A stretch of 32,000 bases of DNA from Nostoc sp. PCC 7120 = FACHB-418 (GTDB taxonomy: Bacteria; Cyanobacteriota; Cyanobacteriia; Cyanobacteriales; Nostocaceae): NCBI RefSeq assembly GCF_000009705.1, contig NC_003272.1:5460001-5492000 (forward strand), read 5' to 3'. Shown here in pieces: positions 8,496 through 16,607 of the stretch. Position numbers and translations under genes: made by a program. The notes under the pieces were generated by a model, which saw only the letters and a list, made by a program, of their open reading frames with translations, did not search any database and was not told the DNA's origin. The first letter of the stretch is position 1. Every line of letters starts with the position of its first letter.

Positions 8496-9446
8496 CTACA
8501 TTCTCTTGACGCGCAAAACTATCAGTTCTGCCAAAATATTCACTATTAGAGTTAAGCCGAATAGAACTAAGGCAGCGTACATTAAAGCAGCAATTTGCAG
8601 ACCACCAGCTTCTGAAAATTGATTTGCCAGCAAGGAAGAAATTGTATTGGCTGGTGCAAAAATCGAGATATTGACATTGTTGGCATTGCCAATCAACATC
8701 GTCACAGCCATCGTCTCTCCCATTGCTCGACCAAGTGCCAGCATGATGGCACTAACTATGCCAGAAAAAGCAGCTGGAATGATAATCTGAAAGATAGTTT
8801 CCCAGCGAGTTGCACCCAACCCTATAGATGCTTGGCGTAAACTAGGTGGTACAGCAATCAAAGCATCACGAGATATAGCTGTGATGATAGGTAAAGTCAT
8901 GATTGCCAAAATAACTCCGGCGGGAAACATTCCAGGGCCAGTAGGAATCGTGCTGAAAATGGGTATCCAGCCAAAATAAGTGTTCAGCCATTGCCCAACG
9001 CCGGTGAGGATGGGAATCAACACAAAAATGCCCCAGACACCGTAAACAACACTGGGGATAGCAGCTAACAACTCTACTAAAAACACTAAAACTACGCGCA
9101 CCTGAGATGGGAGAAAGTTTTCACTCAGTAGCACTGCTGTACCGACACCAATAGGTATGGCTATTAGCAACCCAATAAAAGAACTTACAAGAGTTCCATA
9201 GACTGGAGGCCAAACCCCATAATCATTAGTGACTGGATTCCACGCACTTCTAGCTAAAAAGCCGAGGCCAAATTGCTGGATGGCAGGCCAAGCACTAATA
9301 GTTACTTGAAACGCAATCCATAAGAGGGTGGCGGCGATCGCCATTGCAAAAATACGAGTTAACCAAACAAAGCCACGGTCTAGAGACTTTTCTCCTTCAG
9401 AGCGACTTTTAATTGCTGATGGCAGATCGTGAGAATTTGTAGCCAT
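8496..9446 (-). CDS. pstC: phosphate ABC transporter permease PstC
   Basis: It is a polytopic membrane protein with the loop SRDALIAVPPSLRQASIGLGATRWET, located directly downstream of pstS. Confidence 0.9.
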   Translation of the reverse strand: MATNSHDLPSAIKSRSEGEKSLDRGFVWLTRIFAMAIAATLLWIAFQVTISAWPAIQQFGLGFLARSAWNPVTNDYGVWPPVYGTLVSSFIGLLIAIPIGVGTAVLLSENFLPSQVRVVLVFLVELLAAIPSVVYGVWGIFVLIPILTGVGQWLNTYFGWIPIFSTIPTGPGMFPAGVILAIMTLPIITAISRDALIAVPPSLRQASIGLGATRWETIFQIIIPAAFSGIVSAIMLALGRAMGETMAVTMLIGNANNVNISIFAPANTISSLLANQFSEAGGLQIAALMYAALVLFGLTLIVNILAELIVLRVKRM

Positions 9447-9507
9447 GAATACTGACTCTTACGATTAAATCAGAAGAAAATGTGTGATAGCACCAGTTAA
9501 ATAATAT

Positions 9508-9587
9508 TGCCGCTTTGATTAGTGCTTTCGGTTTAAGGTACCGATAAATTTCAGATAAGCTAATTCAATCTTCCAATCAAAGCGACA
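9508..9587 (-). promoter_or_regulatory. intercistronic stem-loop between pstS and pstC
   Basis: tgccgctttgatt (9508-9520) pairs with aatcaaagcgaca (9575-9587) at 12 of 13 positions. An inner small hairpin is tcggt..accga. Confidence 0.5.
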
Positions 9588-9621
9588 ACATAAGTTAAAT
9601 TAGCTGATCAACTAGTGGCTA

Positions 9622-10800
9622 CTACTTGCTGGCACTAGTACCACTGCCACTTACAGATATTTTATATTCTGGACTGATTTGGTCAGCAACAGTAGCAGTT
9701 TTCTGCACTACAGCTTGAGGTAAGGGAATATAACCTAATTCTCCAGAAATCTTCTGCCCTTCAGTTAAAGCGTACTCAATGGCAGCCTCCATTGCTTTAG
9801 CTTTTACTGGATCAGGATAATTTTTATAAGCCATAATCCAACTGAAACTGACAATTGGATATGATCCATCTCCATCTGGGTCTGGCACAAAAGCACGTAG
9901 GTTTTCTGGCAATTGGATTGCTGCTAGAGTTTGAGATGCTGACTCATCATTGTATTTCACAAACTTGCCGGCTTTATTTTCCAAAGTGGCATAGCTGATA
10001 TTGTTTTGTTTAGCATAACCATACTCAATGTAGCCTATAGCACCTTGAGTTTGTTTAATTTGGGCAGTAACACCTTCATTACCCTTACCACCAACTCCCA
10101 CTGGCCAAGAAACAGACTTACCTTCACCAACCTTACTTTTCCATTCTGGACTGACAGCAGCCAAGTGTTTGGTAAACACTCCTGTAGTACCACTACCATC
10201 AGAACGATACACAACCGTAATTGGTTGACTGGGAAGGTTGACATTAGGGTTAGCAGCTTTAATTTCTGGAGCGTCCCAAGTCTTGATTTTGCCCAGGAGA
10301 ATATCTGTATAAACAACTCTTGGTAAATTCAATTCTGTCACACCAGGCAAGTTGTAAGCTAGTACAATTCCACCAGCAGTCACCGGTAACAAAAGCACTC
10401 CTCTCTGAACTTTCTGGATTTCTTCATCCTTCATGGCAACGTCGCTGGCACCAAAGTCTACAGTACCTTGAATAAATTGCTCAACTCCCGCACCACTACC
10501 TACTGACTGATAGTTAATTTGCAAATTGGGATACTTTTTATTTAAATCTGTAAACCAACTTGCATATAGTGGTGCAGGGAAAGATGCACCTGCACCAGTT
10601 AATGAAACATTGCCGCCAAGATCCAATTTTGCAGGGCTGGAAGCTGTAGCATCTTTAGCTGTGCCGGATGAACCATCTTGAGTTGCAGTGTTGTCTGAGC
10701 CTTGCTGCCCACCACAAGCAGCTAAACTCATCGCCAGTGTTAATACGGTAATTGATACTGGAATGCGGTTATTTTTAATTCTCTTGATATATGAGAGCAT
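9622..10800 (-). CDS. pstS: phosphate-binding lipoprotein PstS
   Basis: The signal peptide has the lipobox LAMSLAACGG. TGAGASFPAPLY, YQSVGSGAG and SDGSGTT are PstS motifs. It heads the pstSCAB operon. Confidence 0.92.
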   Translation of the reverse strand: MLSYIKRIKNNRIPVSITVLTLAMSLAACGGQQGSDNTATQDGSSGTAKDATASSPAKLDLGGNVSLTGAGASFPAPLYASWFTDLNKKYPNLQINYQSVGSGAGVEQFIQGTVDFGASDVAMKDEEIQKVQRGVLLLPVTAGGIVLAYNLPGVTELNLPRVVYTDILLGKIKTWDAPEIKAANPNVNLPSQPITVVYRSDGSGTTGVFTKHLAAVSPEWKSKVGEGKSVSWPVGVGGKGNEGVTAQIKQTQGAIGYIEYGYAKQNNISYATLENKAGKFVKYNDESASQTLAAIQLPENLRAFVPDPDGDGSYPIVSFSWIMAYKNYPDPVKAKAMEAAIEYALTEGQKISGELGYIPLPQAVVQKTATVADQISPEYKISVSGSGTSASK

Positions 10801-10847
10801 CGCTGTCTGTTTGAGGAAATTTTCAGATGGGCGCTTCTACGCTACCC

Positions 10848-10883
10848 CTTATAGATAGGTGTTAAGGTTAACGAAAGGTTAAA
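10848..10883 (-). promoter_or_regulatory. Pho box (SphR/PhoB-type 8-bp repeats in 11-bp phase) abutting a -10-like TATAAG
   Basis: The minus strand reads TTTAACCT-ttc-GTTAACCT-taa-CACCTATC-TATAAG, about 50-85 nt upstream of the pstS ATG. The first two units fit the cyanobacterial consensus PyTTAAPyPy(T/A) / CTTAACCT. The third unit is weak. Confidence 0.6.
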
Positions 10884-11478
10884 TCAAGAGAAAAATATAT
10901 TTTTTTTAGATATACTGCCCAAGTTTTCCTCTATAGTACTGAGGAAAACTTTATACATGAATTATGGAAACAAACTGACAAATAATTATTATGAGAATCC
11001 ATTTTCCTTGGTAGGCGATCGCTGACTCTAAATTTCAGTCCATACAAAACCTATGCCAACAGGGAAATTACATAAATTATATGAAGCTCTTATCAAAAAA
11101 AGCACAATAAAAGCAGAGATAAAATATTTAGTCTAATTAATCTTTTAGTCCCCAGTCCCCACCATCAACTGTCCACATCGGGATAGGTAAAAAAGGAATT
11201 AGAGATTGGGGACTGGGAGATGGGGACTGAGTAATAGAGGGGCAAGGAGTAAAGAAAGTAGTGAGAGTGATGATTCACGGCTATTAACTCAACGCTCAAC
11301 AAGCGGCTCAAAGCCCCGCTATTCCTAACAGCACTCAATACCCATTACTCGGCACTCAGAACCATTCAAGCTAACGAACTTCAGTATTCTAGTGGACATA
11401 TGAACAAATTAGTACGAATTCCAGTCACATAATTAATGCCTATACTGGTTGCTGTTGCTTTCCCCTTGTGCCTGATAA

Positions 11479-12069
11479 ATGATTGCCGCCTCAAATCAAC
11501 TACTTTGGTCTATGATTGGCTTACTCCTAACAATGGGAGGTACTTTCTTAGAAGCTTATGGTATTACCTTACCTTGGAATTGGAGTCAGACAGGAATCCA
11601 AACCTTTTCATTAGGTGTCAGCTATCAAGTTGGTGCGGTACTTTTAGTAGGTTGTTTAGGGGGCAAAAATGCTGGTGCGCTCTCACAAATTGCTTATCTA
11701 GTTATGGGTTTGACTCTGCACCCTGTCTTTTCTGATGGTGGCGGGAATATCGGTTATGTGAAAGCATCACAATTTGGTTATTTGCTAGGCTTCATTCCTG
11801 GAGCTTGGATTTGTGGATTTTTTGCCTTTCAAGCCAGACCTAAAATAGAGTCTCTCACTTTTAGCTGTATTTGTGGCTTATTAAGCGTACACTTGTGTGG
11901 CATTGCTTATCTTATGATTAGGTCTTTTTTCCACTGGCAAGGCACAGACACAATACCCTTAATGCAATCGATCCTTGTCTACTCTTGGTGGGTGATTCCG
12001 GGGCAATTAGCTGTAGTCTGTGCTGTCTCTGTAGTAGCATATGTGTTGCGACACTTGATGTTTTATTAG
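11479..12069 (+). CDS. bioY: biotin transporter BioY (solitary S-component)
   Basis: It is a 196-aa six-helix membrane protein. The N-terminus ..LLWSMIGLLLTMGGTFLEA and the GGKNAGALSQIAYLVMGL / GYLLGFIPGAW blocks resemble BioY. Confidence 0.8.
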   Translation: MIAASNQLLWSMIGLLLTMGGTFLEAYGITLPWNWSQTGIQTFSLGVSYQVGAVLLVGCLGGKNAGALSQIAYLVMGLTLHPVFSDGGGNIGYVKASQFGYLLGFIPGAWICGFFAFQARPKIESLTFSCICGLLSVHLCGIAYLMIRSFFHWQGTDTIPLMQSILVYSWWVIPGQLAVVCAVSVVAYVLRHLMFY

Positions 12070-12177
12070 TCATTAGTCATTGGTCATCAGTCATTAGTCA
12101 TTAGTCATTAGTTAATGATGACTGCTTTGGACTATAGACTTTTGACTGTTGACTATGGACTGTTGACTATTGACTAA
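12065..12177. repeat. two opposed STRR heptamer arrays forming a long potential hairpin
   Basis: There are seven units of ATTAGTC-type repeats (12065-12113) and seven units of TGACTAT-type repeats (12129-12177). The second array is close to the reverse complement of the first. The bioY stop codon (12067-12069) lies inside unit 1. Confidence 0.85.
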
Positions 12178-12184
12178 ACTTGCC

Positions 12185-12661
12185 ATGCGTTTCAAAAATC
12201 GCCTTTTCTGGATAGCTGCCTTTATTGCTTTCTTTGTAGACCAACTGACCAAATACTGGGTCGTGCAAACCTTTAGCTTAGGCGAGACACTACCAATCTT
12301 ACCGGGAATATTTCACTTTACCTATGTCACAAATACTGGTGCAGCTTTTAGTTTGTTTAGCGGAAAAGTAGAGTGGCTACGCTGGTTATCCTTGGGAGTA
12401 AGTTTATTATTAATCGGGTTGGCATTGTTGGGGCCAGTTTTAGATCGTTGGGATCAACTCGGTTATGGCTTGATTCTGGGCGGTGCTATGGGTAATGGAA
12501 TTGATCGGTTTGCTTTAGGTTATGTAGTTGATTTTCTAGATTTTCGCTTAATCAATTTTGCCGTGTTTAATATGGCAGATTCATTCATTAGTATCGGTAT
12601 TGTTTGCCTGCTACTGGCTTCGTTACAGAAACCACCTAGTTCTCATCACAGGCCTAGATAG
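12185..12661 (+). CDS. lspA: lipoprotein signal peptidase II
   Basis: Motifs NTGAAFS, NGIDR and VVDFLDF..FNMAD are present. I moved the start from TTG 12170, which lies inside the STRR array, to ATG 12185 (MRFKNRLFW). Confidence 0.9.
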   Translation: MRFKNRLFWIAAFIAFFVDQLTKYWVVQTFSLGETLPILPGIFHFTYVTNTGAAFSLFSGKVEWLRWLSLGVSLLLIGLALLGPVLDRWDQLGYGLILGGAMGNGIDRFALGYVVDFLDFRLINFAVFNMADSFISIGIVCLLLASLQKPPSSHHRPR

Positions 12662-12706
12662 AGAAAAAGGCTAGGGTCAATCCTTCCTAGCCTTTTTCTT
12701 TTTTCA
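12662..12706. terminator. bidirectional rho-independent terminator between convergent genes
   Basis: aaaaaggctagg (12664-12675) pairs with cctagccttttt (12686-12697) around a 10-nt loop. It is flanked by an A-run on the left and a T-run on the right. Confidence 0.75.
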
Positions 12707-12738
12707 CTATAGTTTTTCAGCCACCTGGAATGAAAAGC

Positions 12739-13347
12739 TTAGTTACCTGGAGTAGGCATTTTAGGTACACCAGAATCAGGAACAGTACCAGGAGAATTAC
12801 TGCTTGGTAATGGGGTTACTGGAGCTTCGCTAGGTGCAGGTACAGTGGTGCTATCTGGTGCTGGGGTTAATGGAGCTTCGCTAGGTGCAGGCAGAGTGGT
12901 GCTATCTGGCGCTGGGGTTGCTGGAGCTTCGCTAGGTGCAGGCAGAGTGGTGCTATCTGGCGCTGGGGTTGCTGGAGCTTCGCTAGGTGCAGGCAGAGTG
13001 GTGCTATCTGGCGCTGGGGTTGCTGGAGCTTCGCTAGGTGCAGGCAGAGTGGTGCTATCTGGCGCTGGGGTTGCTGGAGTTTCGCTAGATGCAGGCTGAG
13101 TGTCTACGGTAGTATTACTAGAACCACTAGGGGTAACTGCACTATTGCCTTCACAACGGGAATTGAGGGGGAAACGCTTACAAAGAATTTCAAATCCTTC
13201 TGGTGATAGCTGGATTTCCGTTGGTGAACTGGTGGACGATTCACTTGATTGGGCAATTTGGGATTTACTAGATTGTGCAACAGCAAAATTAGCTGTGAGA
13301 GCTAAAGTCAAAGCTGTACCAATCAAAGTCAGAGATTTTCCCTTCAT
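12739..13347 (-). CDS. secreted Pro/Thr/Ser-rich repeat protein (17-aa unit PATPAPDSTTLPAPSEA)
   Basis: The signal peptide is MKGKSLTLIGTALTLALTANFAVAQ. A short Cys pair (CKRFPLNSRC) follows, then five to six tandem 17-aa repeats. Confidence 0.7.
   Translation of the reverse strand: MKGKSLTLIGTALTLALTANFAVAQSSKSQIAQSSESSTSSPTEIQLSPEGFEILCKRFPLNSRCEGNSAVTPSGSSNTTVDTQPASSETPATPAPDSTTLPAPSEAPATPAPDSTTLPAPSEAPATPAPDSTTLPAPSEAPATPAPDSTTLPAPSEAPLTPAPDSTTVPAPSEAPVTPLPSSNSPGTVPDSGVPKMPTPGN
12794..13099. repeat. 51-bp tandem repeat, six units, the three central units identical
   Basis: Units start at 12794 (degenerate), 12845, 12896, 12947, 12998 and 13049. Units 12896-13048 are base-for-base identical. 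The flanking units differ from them at 3 positions each. Confidence 0.95.
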
Positions 13348-13770
13348 TCTGAACTTAACCTCACACGAAACGGAACACTTCGCACCATTAAATCAGACAA
13401 TGTAATTTTAGAAAATATTCATTTAGGAAGATGTTTGTCTTGGTTGTCTATGGGTGGGATGTGTTCAAGCAGTAAAATTTGTATTTGTAATTTATTGATG
13501 AGAAGTTCCTAGAAGTACAAAATTAAACCTGTTAAATGTTGTGTTTAAGTGTTTAGCATTCAGATAAAATGGGCATTACTAATTAGTTACAAATATTTTC
13601 TCTGTAGATATAAAGTAATCAAGTAAACAAAGTGTATTTACGGTCTAGATATAATGTTGGTGTAAGATTAAATCTAGAATAATCCCGTACAATGAAATTA
13701 TTTTTGGCTTAAGAGTAAAATAATGATGAAAGACTAATGTTGAGATTGGTATTCGCCTGAATCTGAGCTA

Positions 13771-13935
13771 ATAAAAACTCCACCTACGAGGTGATGGAGT
13801 TTTGTCAGTAGTCAGTAGTCAGTGGCATAGGCGTAGCGTGTTCCCTGGGGACAAGACTGTTAAAATCACCCACAGGGGGATAGGAATTAAATCCAGAACA
13901 AAAGCAACTGACCAATGACAAATGACAACTGACAC
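13771..13935 (+). repeat. hairpin+STRR module, copy A (terminator-like hairpin, GTCAGTA x3, unique core, AACTGAC-type array)
   Basis: ataaaaactccacctacgaggtgatggagttttgtcagtagtcagtagtcagtggca aligns without gaps to 16237-16293. The right arm is aactgac caatgac aaatgac aactgac (13906-13933). Confidence 0.7.
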
Positions 13936-13969
13936 ACGCAGTGCAAATAAATTGTGATGTAAATAGCCG

Positions 13970-16240
13970 ATGAATTCCCCCCAACCCCCTCACAAGCCAC
14001 AAACGTTACTTGGTCAACTGACGCAAGCAGTCAATACAATTCAAGCTAGGGTTGACTTTTCCAAGCTAGCGCTCAAGCCTAATGCCAAGGTACCGGAACT
14101 CTGGGTGCAGGATGCGGGGGCGGATAAAGCAGAGGTGTATCCGCTACTGGGCGATCGCTATGTTCTCGGTCGTAGCTCTAAATCCAGCGATATAGTGATT
14201 CGTAACCCAGTAGTTAGCCAAATTCATTTGTCGTTATCGCGGGATTCTAGCCAGCGTACCCCAGTTTTCATCATTAAAGATGAAAACTCTACGAACGGCA
14301 TCTATCGCGGTAAGCGGCGGGTTAATACCTTAGAACTGCGCCACGGGGATATTCTTACCTTGGGGCCACCAGAATTAGCTGCCTCTGTGCGCCTACAATA
14401 CGTCGATCCGCCACCCTGGTATATAAAAGCGGCAACTTGGGCAGGCTACGGTGTAGGCGGTGCTAGCGCCTTATTAGCATTGGTTATTGGCGTGGAATGG
14501 CTAAAATTTTCTGTCAGGCCTTTACCAACAACAACTCGCGCTCCAGTAGTTGTTTATGCCCGCGATGGTAGTACCCCATTACGTGAGCCTCGGACTGTTT
14601 CTCATGTAGACATGAAGCGGTTAGAAGATTTTGGCCCTTATTTGGCGGCGGCGGTGGTTGCTTCTGAGGATAGCCGCTTTAACTGGCATTTTGGGGTTGA
14701 TCCTTTGGGGATTTTACGAGCAGTATTAATCAATACTCGCAGTGGCGATGTCCAACAAGGAGCCAGTACTATTACCCAACAAGTCTCCCGGAGCTTGTTT
14801 CGTGATTACGTGGGTAGACAAGACTCCCTGGGGCGAAAATTACGAGAGGCGATAGTTTCTTTGAAGCTAGAAGCCTTTTACAGCAAAGATGAAGTTTTGC
14901 TGATGTACCTAAATCGGGTATTTTTGGGAGCAGATACCTCCGGTTTTGAAGACGCAGCACAATTTTATTTTGATAAACCAGCTAAAGAATTAACTTTGGC
15001 GGAAGCAGCCACTTTAGTGGGAATTTTACCAGCGCCCAATGCTTTTGATTTTTGTGGCAGTGGCCCCAATAAACTAGAAGCCGCCGACTATCGCAATCGC
15101 GTGGTGAAGCGGATGTTGGAAATGGGTAAAGTTACGCCCGAAGAAGCGAACCGAGCCAGAAGATCCACTGTCCAAGTTAGCCCTAAGGTTTGTGAACAAC
15201 AAGCCAAGACAATTGCCCCCTATTTTTATAACTATGTGTTCCAAGAACTGGAAGCAATTTTAGGGGAAGGAGCAGCCAGGGAGGGCAATTACATCATTGA
15301 AACCCAACTTGATCCAGCCATTCAAGCTCAAGCAGAAACAGCTTTGCGGAATTCAGTTAGTACGGCGGGGTCAACTTTTCGCTTTTCTCAAGGGGCAATG
15401 GTGACCCTGGATAGTAGAACTGGTAGTATTTTGGCAATGGTAGGTGGGAGAGATTATCGAACTAGCCAGTTCAACCGGGCTGTACAAGCTAAAAGGCAAC
15501 CAGGCTCAACCTTCAAAATTTTTGCCTATGCTCAAGCTCTGTTACAAGGAATACCTGCATCTAGGACATATTCTTGCGCTCCTTTGACTTGGCAGGGATT
15601 TACTTACAGGCCTTGTCGTTCTGGTGCTGGTGTGAACATGGATGTGGCTACAGGATTGGCTCTGTCGGAAAATCCTGTGGCGTTGAGAATTGCCAGAGAG
15701 GTTGGGTTAGATAAGGTAGTATCGATGGCGCAACGTTTGGGGGTAAAGTCTCAACTTGACGCAGTACCGGGTTTAGTTTTGGGTCAGAGTGTTGTTAATG
15801 TTTTGGAGATGACTGGGGCTTTTGGGGCGATTAGTAATCGTGGTGTATGGAATCCACCCCATGCCATTAACAGAATTTTAGACAGTAGCGACTGTAGCGA
15901 TCGCAATGATCTTAAAACCTGTCGTGTGATTTATTCCTTTGATAGCGATCGCGAAGCTAACAAGCGAGTTTTACCACAACCCATTGCCGACCAAATGACC
16001 GATTTAATGCAGGCTGTGATTACCAGAGGTACAGGACGTAGCGCCGCTATTGGTTTAGGAGAAGCAGGTAAAACAGGTACAACCGATAAAAACGTTGACT
16101 TGTGGTTCATTGGCTTTATTCCCAACCGTCGCTTAGTCACCGGTATTTGGCTAGGAAACGATGATAATTCCCCTACCTCTGGTAGCAGCGCTCAAGCCGC
16201 CCAGTTGTGGGGAAATTATATGCGGAGAATTACGAGATAA
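13970..16240 (+). CDS. class A penicillin-binding protein (GT51 transglycosylase + transpeptidase) with N-terminal FHA domain
   Basis: The FHA region is about aa 44-135 (YVLGRSSKSSDIVIRNPVVSQIHLSL..IKDENSTNGIY..LRHGDILTLG). The TM helix is WAGYGVGGASALLALVIGVEWL. GT51 motifs are EDSRFNWHFGVDPLGILRA and GASTITQQ. Transpeptidase motifs are STFK, SEN and KTGTT. Confidence 0.92.
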   Translation: MNSPQPPHKPQTLLGQLTQAVNTIQARVDFSKLALKPNAKVPELWVQDAGADKAEVYPLLGDRYVLGRSSKSSDIVIRNPVVSQIHLSLSRDSSQRTPVFIIKDENSTNGIYRGKRRVNTLELRHGDILTLGPPELAASVRLQYVDPPPWYIKAATWAGYGVGGASALLALVIGVEWLKFSVRPLPTTTRAPVVVYARDGSTPLREPRTVSHVDMKRLEDFGPYLAAAVVASEDSRFNWHFGVDPLGILRAVLINTRSGDVQQGASTITQQVSRSLFRDYVGRQDSLGRKLREAIVSLKLEAFYSKDEVLLMYLNRVFLGADTSGFEDAAQFYFDKPAKELTLAEAATLVGILPAPNAFDFCGSGPNKLEAADYRNRVVKRMLEMGKVTPEEANRARRSTVQVSPKVCEQQAKTIAPYFYNYVFQELEAILGEGAAREGNYIIETQLDPAIQAQAETALRNSVSTAGSTFRFSQGAMVTLDSRTGSILAMVGGRDYRTSQFNRAVQAKRQPGSTFKIFAYAQALLQGIPASRTYSCAPLTWQGFTYRPCRSGAGVNMDVATGLALSENPVALRIAREVGLDKVVSMAQRLGVKSQLDAVPGLVLGQSVVNVLEMTGAFGAISNRGVWNPPHAINRILDSSDCSDRNDLKTCRVIYSFDSDREANKRVLPQPIADQMTDLMQAVITRGTGRSAAIGLGEAGKTGTTDKNVDLWFIGFIPNRRLVTGIWLGNDDNSPTSGSSAQAAQLWGNYMRRITR

Positions 16241-16370
16241 AAACTCTCCCCACAAGGAGATAGAGTTTTGTCAGTGGTCAGTAGTCAGTGGCAAAGATAT
16301 GTAAAAACCACTCCACTTGCGGGTTGGGGTATTAGACCAGATCCTTTCAACAACTGACAACTGACAACTA
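16237..16370 (+). repeat. hairpin+STRR module, copy B; its hairpin with T-run is the likely terminator of the PBP gene
   Basis: ataaaaactctccccacaaggagatagagttttgtcagtggtcagtagtcagtggca starts within the PBP stop codon. The right arm is aactgac aactgac (16352-16365). Confidence 0.7.
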
Positions 16371-16375
16371 ATACC

Positions 16376-16410
16376 AATTCAAAATTCAAAATTCAAAATT
16401 AAGAATCAAG
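16376..16410. repeat. STRR heptamer array (AATTCAA x3 plus two degenerate units)
   Basis: Direct reading gives aattcaa aattcaa aattcaa aattaag aatcaag. Confidence 0.85.
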
Positions 16411-16576
16411 ACAGAGCAAGCATTTGGGTCTGTACATCTGTCGCATTCTTTTTTCAAATTGGTATAAAAATTGATACGCGAAGCGTGAGTACTAGGGAAA
16501 GGGGGAGCGTTGAGTGCTGTTAGCAGGGGTGTAGGCAGTGCTGAGTAATCATTTTCTCTCCCCAATCCCTCATGCC

Positions 16577-16607
16577 TAATCCCCAATCCCCAATTTCCAA
16601 TCCCCAG
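16577..16607. repeat. STRR heptamer array (CAATCCC type)
   Basis: taatccc caatccc caatttc caatccc cag, directly abutting the stop codon of the gene at 16608. Confidence 0.8.

Noticed and set aside
11436-11735. 99-aa ORF overlapping the bioY 5' region
   Set aside because: It is an alternative frame of the membrane-protein gene. The BioY frame gives coherent TM helices.
12794-13099. Regular 51-bp repeats considered as a possible CRISPR array
   Set aside because: The units are contiguous with no spacers. They are in frame within a signal-peptide-bearing ORF and encode a 17-aa P/T/S-rich unit. No cas genes are nearby.
12845-13099. Plus-strand ORF (84 aa, GAG/VLSGAG repeats) antisense to the repeat protein; the same applies to 17260..17571 (+), 28460..28909 (+), 1595..2056 (-) and 5471..6388 (-)
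   Set aside because: These are mirror-frame ORFs inside well-supported genes. They are low-complexity or Ala/Gly/Pro-rich, as expected from antisense reading of GC-richer coding DNA.
13805-14002. 65-aa minus-strand ORF overlapping the PBP start
   Set aside because: It runs through the STRR module and overlaps the PBP start codon. It has no supporting features.
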